A DNA stretch of 64,000 bases, taken from the sequence record NC_019408.1; one strand, given 5' to 3'. The position numbers were made by a program, and so were the translations under genes. Positions within the stretch are counted from its first letter, which is position 1, and every line of letters starts with the position of its first letter. Under the pieces are notes generated by a model. The model was not told the DNA's origin. It ran no database searches and was given only the letters and a program-made list of their open reading frames with translations. Shown here one piece after another: positions 26,164-34,765 of this stretch.

Positions 26164-26229
26164 CTCCAGATTGTCGTCGTCTCGACATCTAAGAGGCTTT
26201 TCCGAGCCTGTCAACACAATCACGCCAGC
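26164..26229 (-). promoter_or_regulatory. repeated phage promoter, variant 16-bp element
   Basis: GCTGGCGTGATTGTGTTGACA, N17, TAGATG, CGACGACAA. Confidence 0.75.
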
Positions 26230-26272
26230 GATTGGGGATTGACCAGAGCGATGAGCACAAGTCCCGAGAGGT

Positions 26273-26617
26273 TCATCGGTCTTCTCCGTGTTCAGCCTCG
26301 GCGAGGCGCTGGATGTAGGCGCGCATGCCCGCGCTGGACGCATAGCGCCACGTCCAGGGGACCTGCTCGGGCCGGGCGCCGTTGAAGCGGCAGAGCCAGA
26401 GGAAGGCCTCCTCGGTGTGCGGGTAGTTCTCAGCGTCGGCCGAAAAGCCGGTCATGCGAAAGCATGCCGCGACCTGGGCCGGCGTCAGGTTCGGGTCGCG
26501 CACGGCCTTGAGCTTGACCTTCACCTCCTCGGGAGGCGGTGGTGGTGGCGGCTCGACCTCGTAGCCGGCCTTGCGCAGGAGCTTGATCGCGGCGGCGATC
26601 TCAGGCGTCGGCTTCAT
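26273..26617 (-). CDS. hypothetical protein
   Basis: ATGA overlap; Pro tract. Confidence 0.6.
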   Translation of the reverse strand: MKPTPEIAAAIKLLRKAGYEVEPPPPPPPEEVKVKLKAVRDPNLTPAQVAACFRMTGFSADAENYPHTEEAFLWLCRFNGARPEQVPWTWRYASSAGMRAYIQRLAEAEHGEDR

Positions 26618-26859
26618 GGGCGCGGCTTCCATTCCCCGCACGAGACGTTCATGTGAACCTGGGGGAACTCCGCCCAGCCGATGTGATCGGGCTCGCGGTC
26701 GCCGTGGAAGCTGCCGCCCGACCGAGCGCCATGGTAGCGGGACGGCTTGACCTTGATCGACGGCGGATAGCGCCGGCATTGACCGTGGCGCTCAACCTCG
26801 CGGGTGTCCTTGAAGAACCGGCAGTTGGCACAGCGCTCCTCGTCCTCGTTCTGGCTCAT
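26614..26859 (-). CDS. small Cys-rich protein
   Basis: CANCRFF..GQCRRYPP..FP.V..SCGEW. Confidence 0.65.
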   Translation of the reverse strand: MSQNEDEERCANCRFFKDTREVERHGQCRRYPPSIKVKPSRYHGARSGGSFHGDREPDHIGWAEFPQVHMNVSCGEWKPRP

Positions 26860-27383
26860 AGGATGTAGGCTCCGCCGTCGGCGCTCTCGCAGCGCTGATC
26901 GTGGAAGGCGTCCATGCCTACGCGGTAGACCTCGCAGATCGTGGGCCGCGTATGCGGCTCGTCCCAGGGCCGAATCAGGCCGTTCAGCGCCAGTTCGAAA
27001 CCCTGGACCTGACCGTAGCGGGTGAAGACCGCGCCAAACGGCACGTGCAGCGGATGCACGAGGATCATCTTGACCAGATCGAAGGTCTTGACGTCCTCGG
27101 GCATGTAGCCGTCCTGGCAGAGCACCGCCAGTTCGCAGGCCACGCGCGTGCGCCGGCCGTAGACGTTGTCGATCTCCTCGCCGGTCAGGAACCGGTCGTC
27201 GAAGATCGGCGTCGTCCGGTCGGTCTTCTCCAGGAAGGCCAGTTGCTTCTCCGCCCACTGCCCCGCGCTCATGTAGGGCTGGTACAGGCAGGTCGCGACG
27301 ATGCCGTACTTGACGCTCTTGTCGTAGAGCGTGTAGCGGCGGCCGGCGTGGTCGCGCTCGATCCAGATGGCGGGGCGCTTCAT
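26856..27383 (-). CDS. hypothetical protein
   Basis: ATGA overlap. Confidence 0.6.
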   Translation of the reverse strand: MKRPAIWIERDHAGRRYTLYDKSVKYGIVATCLYQPYMSAGQWAEKQLAFLEKTDRTTPIFDDRFLTGEEIDNVYGRRTRVACELAVLCQDGYMPEDVKTFDLVKMILVHPLHVPFGAVFTRYGQVQGFELALNGLIRPWDEPHTRPTICEVYRVGMDAFHDQRCESADGGAYIL

Positions 27384-27688
27384 CGACGGACCACCGGCAT
27401 GGTCTGGATCGAAAAATCGACGTGCTTGTGGTTGCAGTTGCCGGCGCCCGGCTGAATAGCATCCAGGGCGTCGCAAGTCCCGCGCTCCCAAGCGTCGCGC
27501 GCGGCGTAGACTTCCGAGGGCTTGGCCGAGGGGTCCACGCTGGGCATCTGGTAGCGGCGGGAGATCACGCTGTTCAGCTTGGTGGCGACGTCCTCGGCGT
27601 GCGCCAAGTCGGCGAACGCGGTGAGGTTGGTGACGCCGCCGGCGTCGTAGTCGCGGTCATCCATGACCAGAATGTAGACGGTGTCCAC
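27380..27688 (-). CDS. hypothetical protein
   Basis: GTG after AGGAGG in repeated leader. Confidence 0.7.
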   Translation of the reverse strand: MDTVYILVMDDRDYDAGGVTNLTAFADLAHAEDVATKLNSVISRRYQMPSVDPSAKPSEVYAARDAWERGTCDALDAIQPGAGNCNHKHVDFSIQTMPVVRR

Positions 27689-27693
27689 GTGGG

Positions 27694-27749
27694 CCTCCTT
27701 CGTTGTCGTCGGAGGCCTTCCTAGACTGGCGCGAGTGTGTTGTCAACAG
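27694..27749 (-). promoter_or_regulatory. repeated phage promoter with inverted element in spacer
   Basis: TTGACA-ACACACTCGCGCCAGTC-TAGGAA, CGACGACAAC-GAAGGAGG. Confidence 0.8.
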
Positions 27750-27966
27750 CCCGAGGCCGACGGAACTTCTCCATCAGCGCGGTGCGCTCGGCCGGCGTCA
27801 TCTTGCGCTCCCAGCAGGCGTACTCGTCCTCGAACCGCGTATGCTCGGCCCGGATGATCACGCCGTCGGGCGTGAGCCCCGACGCGTAGGGAGCCTTCAT
27901 GCAGTGCCCCAGCGACTGTCCCACCCAGGGGTGCCAGAGCCGGCAGGTTCCGCACGACTGGGTCAC
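27721..27966 (-). CDS. small Cys-rich protein
   Basis: CGTCRLW..GHC..AP..ACWE. Confidence 0.6.
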   Translation of the reverse strand: MTQSCGTCRLWHPWVGQSLGHCMKAPYASGLTPDGVIIRAEHTRFEDEYACWERKMTPAERTALMEKFRRPRAVDNTLAPV

Positions 27967-28205
27967 GCCGCCGCGACCGCCGCCATGATCACCAGGATGA
28001 CCAGCCCCACCGTCACCACCGCGACTGCCGGGCAGAGGATCAGTGACAGGAAGAAGGTCAGGGTCGGGTGGTCGAGGAAGAAGTAGTCGAGGTAGGCTGG
28101 CGGATGCGGCTGGTCATAGAGATAGCCGGCCGTGAAGCCGAGGATCACCACGCCGCAGGCATAGGCGGCGATGTACCAGAGGGCGTATTTGACCGCGTTG
28201 GGCAT
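27963..28205 (-). CDS. small membrane protein
   Basis: Two hydrophobic helices. Confidence 0.6.
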   Translation of the reverse strand: MPNAVKYALWYIAAYACGVVILGFTAGYLYDQPHPPAYLDYFFLDHPTLTFFLSLILCPAVAVVTVGLVILVIMAAVAAA

Positions 28206-28390
28206 CAGAGGAACTTCTCACCGTTGTGGCAGGCGATGCCCACCCGCGCGACGATCGCCGCGAAGTAGACCAGCAGAAGGAAAGTCTGGGACTCGATGGC
28301 GAAGCCCAGAACCCGCATGACATGCAGGGCCGAGATCGGAACGACGAGGACGGAGACGATGATCATTAGAAGCGAGATCAGCATTTTCAT
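28205..28390 (-). CDS. small membrane protein
   Basis: Two hydrophobic helices; ATGA overlap. Confidence 0.55.
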   Translation of the reverse strand: MKMLISLLMIIVSVLVVPISALHVMRVLGFAIESQTFLLLVYFAAIVARVGIACHNGEKFL

Positions 28391-28713
28391 CGATCGGACC
28401 TTTGACTTTCCAGGTAGTTTATGCGTCCGCGCAGCGACGAGATCGTGTTCTTCAGGTCCTCGATCTCCCTGGCGTGGCGCTTGTCGGCGTCTTCGGTCTC
28501 GCGCTTGTGGCGATCGCGCGTCTGACGCAACTCGGTGTCCAACGGGTTGGGGATCACGTCGTGACCCATCGCCTGACCGTAGTTCTCGGCCGAGGTCTCG
28601 ATCCCCTGGGCGATGCCAACGCGCTGCTCCTCGGTGAGCCCGTCCCAGACGTCCCAAAGGCCCTCGCCGTCGAAGGCTAGGTCCAGGCTGTCGCGCCAGT
28701 AGCTATTCGACAT
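28387..28713 (-). CDS. hypothetical protein with coiled-coil tail
   Basis: ORF in operon. Confidence 0.65.
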   Translation of the reverse strand: MSNSYWRDSLDLAFDGEGLWDVWDGLTEEQRVGIAQGIETSAENYGQAMGHDVIPNPLDTELRQTRDRHKRETEDADKRHAREIEDLKNTISSLRGRINYLESQRSDR

Positions 28714-29068
28714 CGACGTTCAGGTCCCGCTTGAGCGCCGTCGCGCAGTCGCTGCCGTGGGAGATCAGATCGCCAGAGCGCACCAGCATGGCGACGGTGG
28801 CGTCGCTGATGCGCACGCCCCGGTGCCCGATCGGGAACCAGTCACCATCGTGATCCTTGAGCAGGCCGTGGTCGCGCACCGCCCAGGACAGCGCCTGCGC
28901 CGCGCGCTGGGCGGCGGCCGTGGCGCTCTCGGCCATCTGGTGCAGGTCCTCGGGCGAGAAGCAGTTCAGCAGCTTCTCGCGCATGCCCTCGCGGTCCTCG
29001 GCCGGCGGCTTGATGAAGAACTCCAGCAGCAGGTCGACGTGGTGCTCGGGCGAATTGGTCTTCGTCAT
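28703..29068 (-). CDS. hypothetical protein
   Basis: ORF in operon. Confidence 0.6.
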   Translation of the reverse strand: MTKTNSPEHHVDLLLEFFIKPPAEDREGMREKLLNCFSPEDLHQMAESATAAAQRAAQALSWAVRDHGLLKDHDGDWFPIGHRGVRISDATVAMLVRSGDLISHGSDCATALKRDLNVDVE

Positions 29069-29343
29069 CAGGCCCTCTGCTTGGTCACGGCGGCGTACAC
29101 GACGTCGATCATCATGCCCAGGGTCGTGTCCTGGTCGGGGAAGTCCTCGGGAAGTTCGATGAAGAACTCCTCCTCCAGCGACATCGCCAGATCGACAAAG
29201 TCGAGGCTGTCGAACCGCAGGTCCGGACCGAGACGCAGGTCCTTGTGGTAGTCGTCCAGAACGATGGGCGTCTCGCTCATCATGTGCGCGAATTCGTACA
29301 CCGCGATCTGGACTTCACTCCACGTGACTTTTGTATCGGCCAA
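29068..29343 (-). CDS. acpP: acyl carrier protein-like
   Basis: DLRFDSLDFVDLAMSLEEEFFIELPED matches ACP helix II with phosphopantetheine Ser (DSL); acidic 91 aa. Confidence 0.8.
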   Translation of the reverse strand: MADTKVTWSEVQIAVYEFAHMMSETPIVLDDYHKDLRLGPDLRFDSLDFVDLAMSLEEEFFIELPEDFPDQDTTLGMMIDVVYAAVTKQRA

Positions 29344-29371
29344 GGACTTCCCCTTCTGCTGCTGCCCGGCG

Positions 29372-29415
29372 CTTCTAGCGAAGCTTCACCAGGACGTCAA
29401 CACTCTAACGCCAGA
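29372..29415 (-). promoter_or_regulatory. repeated phage promoter variant upstream of ACP
   Basis: TCTGGCGTTAGAGTGTTGACG, N17, TAGAAG. Confidence 0.7.
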
Positions 29416-30070
29416 CCCAACTCAAGCTGAGCACGATGTCGTGGTCCTCGTAGGCGGCGCTGCGTCCGGTGATCAGCTTGATCCCCCGCAGCGGCCCCAG
29501 CCGCCAAAGCTGGACCTCCTTACGCTCATGGCGCCCCGGCACATGCTCCAGCAGTTCGCGGCGCTTGATCGCGATATGCTTTTGCTCGCGGTGGACGACC
29601 AGGGCGATCTTGCACGTCGGGCTCTTGCCAAACCACCGGCGCCAGTAGCCGGGCGTGTCGAGGTTGTCGAACAAGCGCGCCACGCGCTTGCTGACCGGGC
29701 GCAGCCCCGCGACCTGCCGGCGCACGTTGAGCGGCGGGAAGGTGCAGGGCGGCCAGACGTCGAGCAGGCTCTGGCGCAGGCGGCGAAACTCCCAGGCCAA
29801 CATGGCATTGTCCTTGGAGTTGTTGCACGCCACGCACGCCGCCGCGACATTGCTGTCGTGGTTCGAGCCGCCCTCGGCCTTGGCCTCCAGGTGTTCGATC
29901 GTGACCTCGTCCGGCTCCAGGTTGCCGGCTTTCTTACCGACGCGCCGGCGATATTTCATCTGCCCCGTGCAGTAGGTGCAGAGGCCGCCCGACTCCAGGA
30001 AGAGCCGTTGCCGGCGGTTTGGGGCCGCTGGCGGGAGGGGATCGTAGACGATGACGTCAGAGGACGACAT
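29405..30070 (-). CDS. HNH endonuclease
   Basis: CTYC...TIEHL..KAEGGSN..SN.AAAC.ACNNSK. Confidence 0.8.
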   Translation of the reverse strand: MSSSDVIVYDPLPPAAPNRRQRLFLESGGLCTYCTGQMKYRRRVGKKAGNLEPDEVTIEHLEAKAEGGSNHDSNVAAACVACNNSKDNAMLAWEFRRLRQSLLDVWPPCTFPPLNVRRQVAGLRPVSKRVARLFDNLDTPGYWRRWFGKSPTCKIALVVHREQKHIAIKRRELLEHVPGRHERKEVQLWRLGPLRGIKLITGRSAAYEDHDIVLSLSWVWR

Positions 30071-30497
30071 AGCCGTCCTCGCCGTTCTCGAACGCGAGAT
30101 CAGCGAAGCGCAGGTTCTCCAGGGCGACGTTGAACGCCTCCTCCGACCCGCCGACCTTGGCCCAGATCGCCCGGCGAGCGATCACGGTGGTGAAGAGGTT
30201 GGGCGAGCGGCCCTGGCGGACCTCGTCGGCCGCCAGATCGACGAGCACGCGGTAGGCCGCGCCCGTCACGGTTTGGCGGCTGCGCACGTCCACGAGACCC
30301 AGGCCCCGCAGGGTGTCCAGGTAGGCGCTCAGGTCTTTGACCGTGACGCCGGCCGTCAGGGCGAAGGTCGTCGGGTTGGTGTCGAGCACCTTCAGCGACT
30401 CGGCGCGGCGCAGGACCACCTCCTCGCGGGCCTCGATCGCCAGTTGCTCGTCCGACTTCTTCTCGGCTTGTTTGATCTTGCGCAGGGGGTTCAGCAT
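30057..30497 (-). CDS. hypothetical protein, possible winged helix
   Basis: GGAG SD; YLDTLRGLGLVDV...AYRV. Confidence 0.6.
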   Translation of the reverse strand: MLNPLRKIKQAEKKSDEQLAIEAREEVVLRRAESLKVLDTNPTTFALTAGVTVKDLSAYLDTLRGLGLVDVRSRQTVTGAAYRVLVDLAADEVRQGRSPNLFTTVIARRAIWAKVGGSEEAFNVALENLRFADLAFENGEDGYVVL

Positions 30498-30505
30498 GGG
30501 GTCTC

Positions 30506-30898
30506 CTAGTAGAGGACGCTCCAAGACGTCTGGGTCTTGGCGTAGGCGGATGGGGTGATGTAGCCGCGATCCTTGAGATCGTCGATCAGGGCGAGGGTCG
30601 TCGGCAGGAACGCTTCTTCGCTCAGGGGCTCTTGGCCCGGCTCGCAGTGGTTGCGCGCCCACCAGTAGAGGCGGTGGTTGAGCCGCAGCGTCGTGCGCTC
30701 GAACGCCCGGCGCGGGTTGATCTCGTTGGCCAGGATGTGCATGAGCCAGCCCGCCAGGGTATAGCGCGAGGAATTGCCGACCGGGTCGCGATAGAAGCCC
30801 GCCTGCTTGAGCGCCTCGAACTCGGCCTGGAACTCCGGCAGGAACCGCACGAGGCGGCCGAACGGCTCATGGAAGACGACGATCTGCCGATCATTCAT
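30506..30898 (-). CDS. hypothetical protein
   Basis: ORF in operon. Confidence 0.6.
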   Translation of the reverse strand: MNDRQIVVFHEPFGRLVRFLPEFQAEFEALKQAGFYRDPVGNSSRYTLAGWLMHILANEINPRRAFERTTLRLNHRLYWWARNHCEPGQEPLSEEAFLPTTLALIDDLKDRGYITPSAYAKTQTSWSVLY

Positions 30899-31256
30899 CG
30901 GCCTGATACCCCAGGTACGGGCGCAGGTTGGCCAGATCGTCCTCCTCCAGGCGGATGGACGTGAGCTTCGAGCACCGGGCGTTCTCGGCCATCTTGGTGT
31001 AGCGGCTGGCGAGGTTCCAGTAGGTCCTCGCGTGGTCCCACCAACGATAGTTGTTATCGAGGACCTTCTCGGCTTCCTCGCGGGTCACCGGCCGGCGCTG
31101 GAAGAGCCACCACGGCGCGACGCTGGTGGTCTCGACCTTCATGATCTTGGCGATCGTCTCCTCGCGGATGGCGTCGCCCTGGGCCTCGAAATCCTCGGCG
31201 CCCTTGGTGGCGGCCTCGATCAAGACGAGGCGGTCGACTTCGGCGCTCATGCTCAC
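30891..31256 (-). CDS. hypothetical protein
   Basis: ORF in operon. Confidence 0.6.
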   Translation of the reverse strand: MSMSAEVDRLVLIEAATKGAEDFEAQGDAIREETIAKIMKVETTSVAPWWLFQRRPVTREEAEKVLDNNYRWWDHARTYWNLASRYTKMAENARCSKLTSIRLEEDDLANLRPYLGYQADE

Positions 31257-31522
31257 TTCAGCTTCTCCCCGACATAGACCTCCAGGAAACGCGTTTGCGT
31301 TTCGGGGTCCTGGAACATCCAGATGGCGTACTTGGTGCGCGGGAACGGCTGGCGGAAGAACTCCACCCCGCCCAGCGTCTGCTTGGCGATCGGGGGCGTC
31401 GGCGCCGCCAGCGGCGTCTTGACCACAAACGGGTAGCGTTCGAGGTGCTTAATCACCGCCATGGAGCAGTCGCGCTCGCGCGTCGTCTTCTCGGGCAGGT
31501 CGCGGGTCCAGGTCGTAGTCAA
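31253..31522 (-). CDS. hypothetical protein
   Basis: ORF in operon. Confidence 0.55.
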   Translation of the reverse strand: MTTTWTRDLPEKTTRERDCSMAVIKHLERYPFVVKTPLAAPTPPIAKQTLGGVEFFRQPFPRTKYAIWMFQDPETQTRFLEVYVGEKLK

Positions 31523-31674
31523 AGGGCCTTCTCCGAGGCACGGGCGATGATCGCCACCAAGAGGATGGAAAAGAGGGCGGCCGTGATCATCGGCGGCTGG
31601 CGGTTGTAGCCGTCGACGAAGCCTTGGATCACGCCGACCAGCATGGCGGCGCCGTAAGCGGACCAGAATTTCAA
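31519..31674 (-). CDS. 51-aa membrane peptide
   Basis: TTGA overlap; hydrophobic. Confidence 0.5.
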   Translation of the reverse strand: MKFWSAYGAAMLVGVIQGFVDGYNRQPPMITAALFSILLVAIIARASEKAL

Positions 31675-32243
31675 GCCGTGATCTCCTCGAAGCGGCCGTC
31701 CATGAACTCGGCCTCGCGCCGGCCCCAGACCTGCCCGCCGCCGTCGATGTAGCTCAGCAGGGTCTCGTCGTCCTGGATCGGGGTCTCGCACTGGATGCGG
31801 ATGGTCCCCACCACGGCATAATCGGAGCCCCGCTTCTTGTGGCGGAACCGGCGCATGCCGCGCGGCAGTTCGGCCAGGAAGGCTTTCAGGGCGTCGGCCA
31901 TCTTGGCGACGCCATGCGGGAAGTGCGAGCCCGGCCCCCGAACCCATTGATAGACCGTCGCCAGGGCAAAGCGCCCGGCGGCGATCTCGCCGGTCGGGTC
32001 CTTGCGGAGCCGATCGGGCGCGTGATCTTCGAGGTAGTTGGTCCCCAGGAGCGCCATCATGTGGGCCTCGTCGACCGTGGTCGGAACCCTCAGGAAACCC
32101 TCGGGCGTCGCGCCGTCGAGCGCTTTGATCGCGCCCAGCAGGACCGCCGCCTTTTCCGTATGCCACTCACGCCCGCCCGGCTCGGGCGAGTGTGCGGCAT
32201 GATAGAGGTGGTAGTCCATGATTTCGTGCAGGGCTTCGCTCAT
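31671..32243 (-). CDS. hypothetical with C-terminal DUF1653-like domain
   Basis: RFRHKKRG..Y.VVG...W.R...EFMDGRF. Confidence 0.65.
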   Translation of the reverse strand: MSEALHEIMDYHLYHAAHSPEPGGREWHTEKAAVLLGAIKALDGATPEGFLRVPTTVDEAHMMALLGTNYLEDHAPDRLRKDPTGEIAAGRFALATVYQWVRGPGSHFPHGVAKMADALKAFLAELPRGMRRFRHKKRGSDYAVVGTIRIQCETPIQDDETLLSYIDGGGQVWGRREAEFMDGRFEEITA

Positions 32244-32247
32244 CGGG

Positions 32248-32304
32248 TCCTTCCGTTGTCGTCGGCCGTGACTTTAGAGGGTCACGGCTGAGCCTGTCAA
32301 CACA
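32248..32304 (-). promoter_or_regulatory. repeated phage promoter, -10 flanked by inverted repeat
   Basis: TTGACA 32300-32295, N18, TAAAGT, CGACGACAAC-GGAAGGA. Confidence 0.75.
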
Positions 32305-32829
32305 TCAAGTCAGGGCTTCGAGCCCGCGATGATAAAAGAGCCGGCGGCCGTTGAAGAACAGCCGGACCCGGAACTTGTCGCCCAGCTTGCCGATGTCGAG
32401 CGAGAAGCCCAGCAGGCCCAGGCTGACATAGGCGTGGTTCTCGCGTCGACCACGCATCATCGGCACGTCGTTCATGCCGCCGATCGCCAGCCGGATCAGC
32501 CAGCGCCAGCCCAGGTCGAAGCGCTTGAAGCCCTGCCAGGAGATCGAGCGCCAGATGAAGCCGCCGCCCAGGAAGGATGCCTCGGCATCGAGGTTCCAGC
32601 CGCCGGCCAGGGGATCGCCCCGGCGACGGTATTGCAGCCGGCCCAGCGCTGACTTGAAGTCGAACTGCGGCAGACGCGCCAGCAGAGCGAACCAGAGCCG
32701 GGCGCCGATGAAGAGGAACGGATGGATCAGGCAGGCGTAGAGCAGCACCACCAGGAAGATCAGGGCGTGGTAGTAGTTGATCCAGACGGCGCCGAGAAAG
32801 GCGCCCAACTTGGGCGTGTCGTTGGTCAC
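32305..32829 (-). CDS. membrane-associated hypothetical protein
   Basis: Hydrophobic N-terminus, Trp/Gly-rich. Confidence 0.55.
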   Translation of the reverse strand: MTNDTPKLGAFLGAVWINYYHALIFLVVLLYACLIHPFLFIGARLWFALLARLPQFDFKSALGRLQYRRRGDPLAGGWNLDAEASFLGGGFIWRSISWQGFKRFDLGWRWLIRLAIGGMNDVPMMRGRRENHAYVSLGLLGFSLDIGKLGDKFRVRLFFNGRRLFYHRGLEALT

Positions 32830-33470
32830 GTGCGGTCCCCCTCGGCGAAATCACCGGCGCGGCCGATGATCGGATAGAACGTGTACATCTCGCCCGGCCG
32901 GTCCCTGGCTTCCCGGCTGATCACCGGCAGGTCCGGGGCGTAGCGGGCAAACCACGCGGCCTTGCGCTCGGCCCAGGCTTGTGGGTCCTCGTCGTGGTCC
33001 CAGCCAAACACCCCGCGCCCGTTCTCCTTGCCCTTGCGGATCGAGGAGAGCATCTGGTTCATGCCGATGTAGCGGCAGTAGGCCTCCGGCGCCGCGCCGT
33101 GCTGCGTCGGGCGCCCGTTGTTGTGGTGATCGACGAAGGCCAGATCGTTCTTGGACAGGTCCTGCTCGATCCAGCCACGACCGTCCTTGACGAACGGATC
33201 GACCAGCTTGGTGATCTCGCGATAGACGTCGATCCCGACGAAGGCCGCATAGCCATCCGACAGGCTCAGTTCGGGGTTGACCCCGTCCCGGAGGGTGATC
33301 ATGTAGGCGCAGCCCTCGGCAATGGTCTTGCCTTCGAGGAGTGCGGCATAGCGCATGCAGATGTCGCCCCAGGCCTTGGCGGACAGGACGTCCCAGGCGG
33401 TGCGCTGCATCCGATCGCGGCGGTAGTAGGCCTGGGCGGCTTCGCGCAGGTGATCAGAAAACGTGGTCAT
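32826..33470 (-). CDS. hypothetical protein
   Basis: GGAGGG SD. Confidence 0.7.
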   Translation of the reverse strand: MTTFSDHLREAAQAYYRRDRMQRTAWDVLSAKAWGDICMRYAALLEGKTIAEGCAYMITLRDGVNPELSLSDGYAAFVGIDVYREITKLVDPFVKDGRGWIEQDLSKNDLAFVDHHNNGRPTQHGAAPEAYCRYIGMNQMLSSIRKGKENGRGVFGWDHDEDPQAWAERKAAWFARYAPDLPVISREARDRPGEMYTFYPIIGRAGDFAEGDRT

Positions 33471-33479
33471 GAGCCCTCC

Positions 33480-34103
33480 CTAGTTTCGAAGGAACAGAAG
33501 GATGTCGCGGGCCTTGTCTTCCTTGGCGAAGCGGCCCTTGATCGTCTTGGCGGCGGCGGCCTGCTTGAGCAGCTTGGCCGCCTGCATGAGCTTGTCGGCC
33601 TCCTCCAGGAGCCTGGACGACTGCCCCGTGTCCCCGATCAGCGCTTGCTCGTCGATGACCTCGCCCGTGCGAATGTCGATGATCCGGAACTTCGTGGGGA
33701 AGCCCGTGGAATCGACCGGATCGGCGTGAACGAGATAGTTCAGCGTCGCCTTGGCGGTCGCCAAGTCCACGAACCCGGAATGATCGGTCCAGGCCTTGCC
33801 TTTCCGGTTGTAGCCCTCGCCGCCATAGCTTTCGACGGCGTAGATCGGGAGCGGACCACCGTCCTCGGTGGCCTGTTGGCCTGCCATGTGCGCGGGATGG
33901 ACCACGAGCCCGGTGCGGATGTCGACGACCCGCCAGGACCCTTCCAGGTCCTTGCCGACGTAGTGGTCGACGTCCAGGGCCGCGTCCGTCACGTCATCGA
34001 AAGTCGAATGAAGCTTCCACGTCCGGGCCGCGTCGGGAAGGGTTTCGCGGCCACGCGGCAGGGGATAGAACCCCTGGAGCCAGAACGGATCGTGCGACGG
34101 CAT
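33480..34103 (-). CDS. hypothetical protein with internal duplication
   Basis: RVVDIRTGLVV / RIIDIRTGEVI. Confidence 0.7.
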   Translation of the reverse strand: MPSHDPFWLQGFYPLPRGRETLPDAARTWKLHSTFDDVTDAALDVDHYVGKDLEGSWRVVDIRTGLVVHPAHMAGQQATEDGGPLPIYAVESYGGEGYNRKGKAWTDHSGFVDLATAKATLNYLVHADPVDSTGFPTKFRIIDIRTGEVIDEQALIGDTGQSSRLLEEADKLMQAAKLLKQAAAAKTIKGRFAKEDKARDILLFLRN

Positions 34104-34393
34104 CAGTGGCCCTTCGCCGGGCGCTTGAAGCGGCCGTTCTCGTCGTAGCTGTCGACGCTGGCGCCGGGCGTGTCCCAGCCGAACATCGAGCCGAACTCCA
34201 TGGCCGAAGCCTGGGCGGGCGTCACGCCCATGCGCTTGTTCAGGCTGGCGACGATTTCCGCGCCCTGGGGACCGTAGTTGGGATTGTAGTAGCCGGTCTC
34301 GCCACGCTTGACGATCACGGTTTCGCCCGTGGTCGACAGGACCACATAGGCGGTCTCAGGCAGGGCGGCGAGGTTGGTTTCGAGCAGGGACAT
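34103..34393 (-). CDS. conserved hypothetical protein
   Basis: AGGAGG SD; VKRGETGYY...AM..GSMFGW..PGA pattern. Confidence 0.75.
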   Translation of the reverse strand: MSLLETNLAALPETAYVVLSTTGETVIVKRGETGYYNPNYGPQGAEIVASLNKRMGVTPAQASAMEFGSMFGWDTPGASVDSYDENGRFKRPAKGH

Positions 34394-34397
34394 CGGG

Positions 34398-34455
34398 GCC
34401 TCCTTGGTTGTCGTCGACGCTCCCTATAGACCCGGTCTGTCAGCCTGTCAACACT
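34398..34455 (-). promoter_or_regulatory. repeated phage promoter
   Basis: GAGTGTTGACA, N17, TATAGG, CGACGACAAC-CAAGGAGG. Confidence 0.8.
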
Positions 34456-34765
34456 CGACAGCCAAGTAACGATTCCGCTGGGGCTCGTAGGGTAGATCGT
34501 TGGCGACCGCCATCAGCCAGCCGGCGTGACAGCGCTTGGGCGCGCAGTGGCAGACGAGGTGGAAGCCCTTGAGATTAGCCTTCACCCAGGCGATGAACTG
34601 CGCATCGTCCCGCCTGTGGGCGATGTACCGGTCGATCACCTGATCGCGAGTTCCGTCGACGCCGATCCGGAACTCGTTGCCCGCCGGCGTCCCCCGGCCG
34701 ACGTACTTGGACATCGGCGGGAGGTGGCCTGGGAAATCGCTTCGGCTCAGGACTTGGAGGATCAC
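34448..34765 (-). CDS. DUF4326 family protein
   Basis: YVGRGT..GN.F.IG.DGTR.QVI.RY...L.G..LVCHCAP..CHA. Confidence 0.8.
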   Translation of the reverse strand: MILQVLSRSDFPGHLPPMSKYVGRGTPAGNEFRIGVDGTRDQVIDRYIAHRRDDAQFIAWVKANLKGFHLVCHCAPKRCHAGWLMAVANDLPYEPQRNRYLAVEC

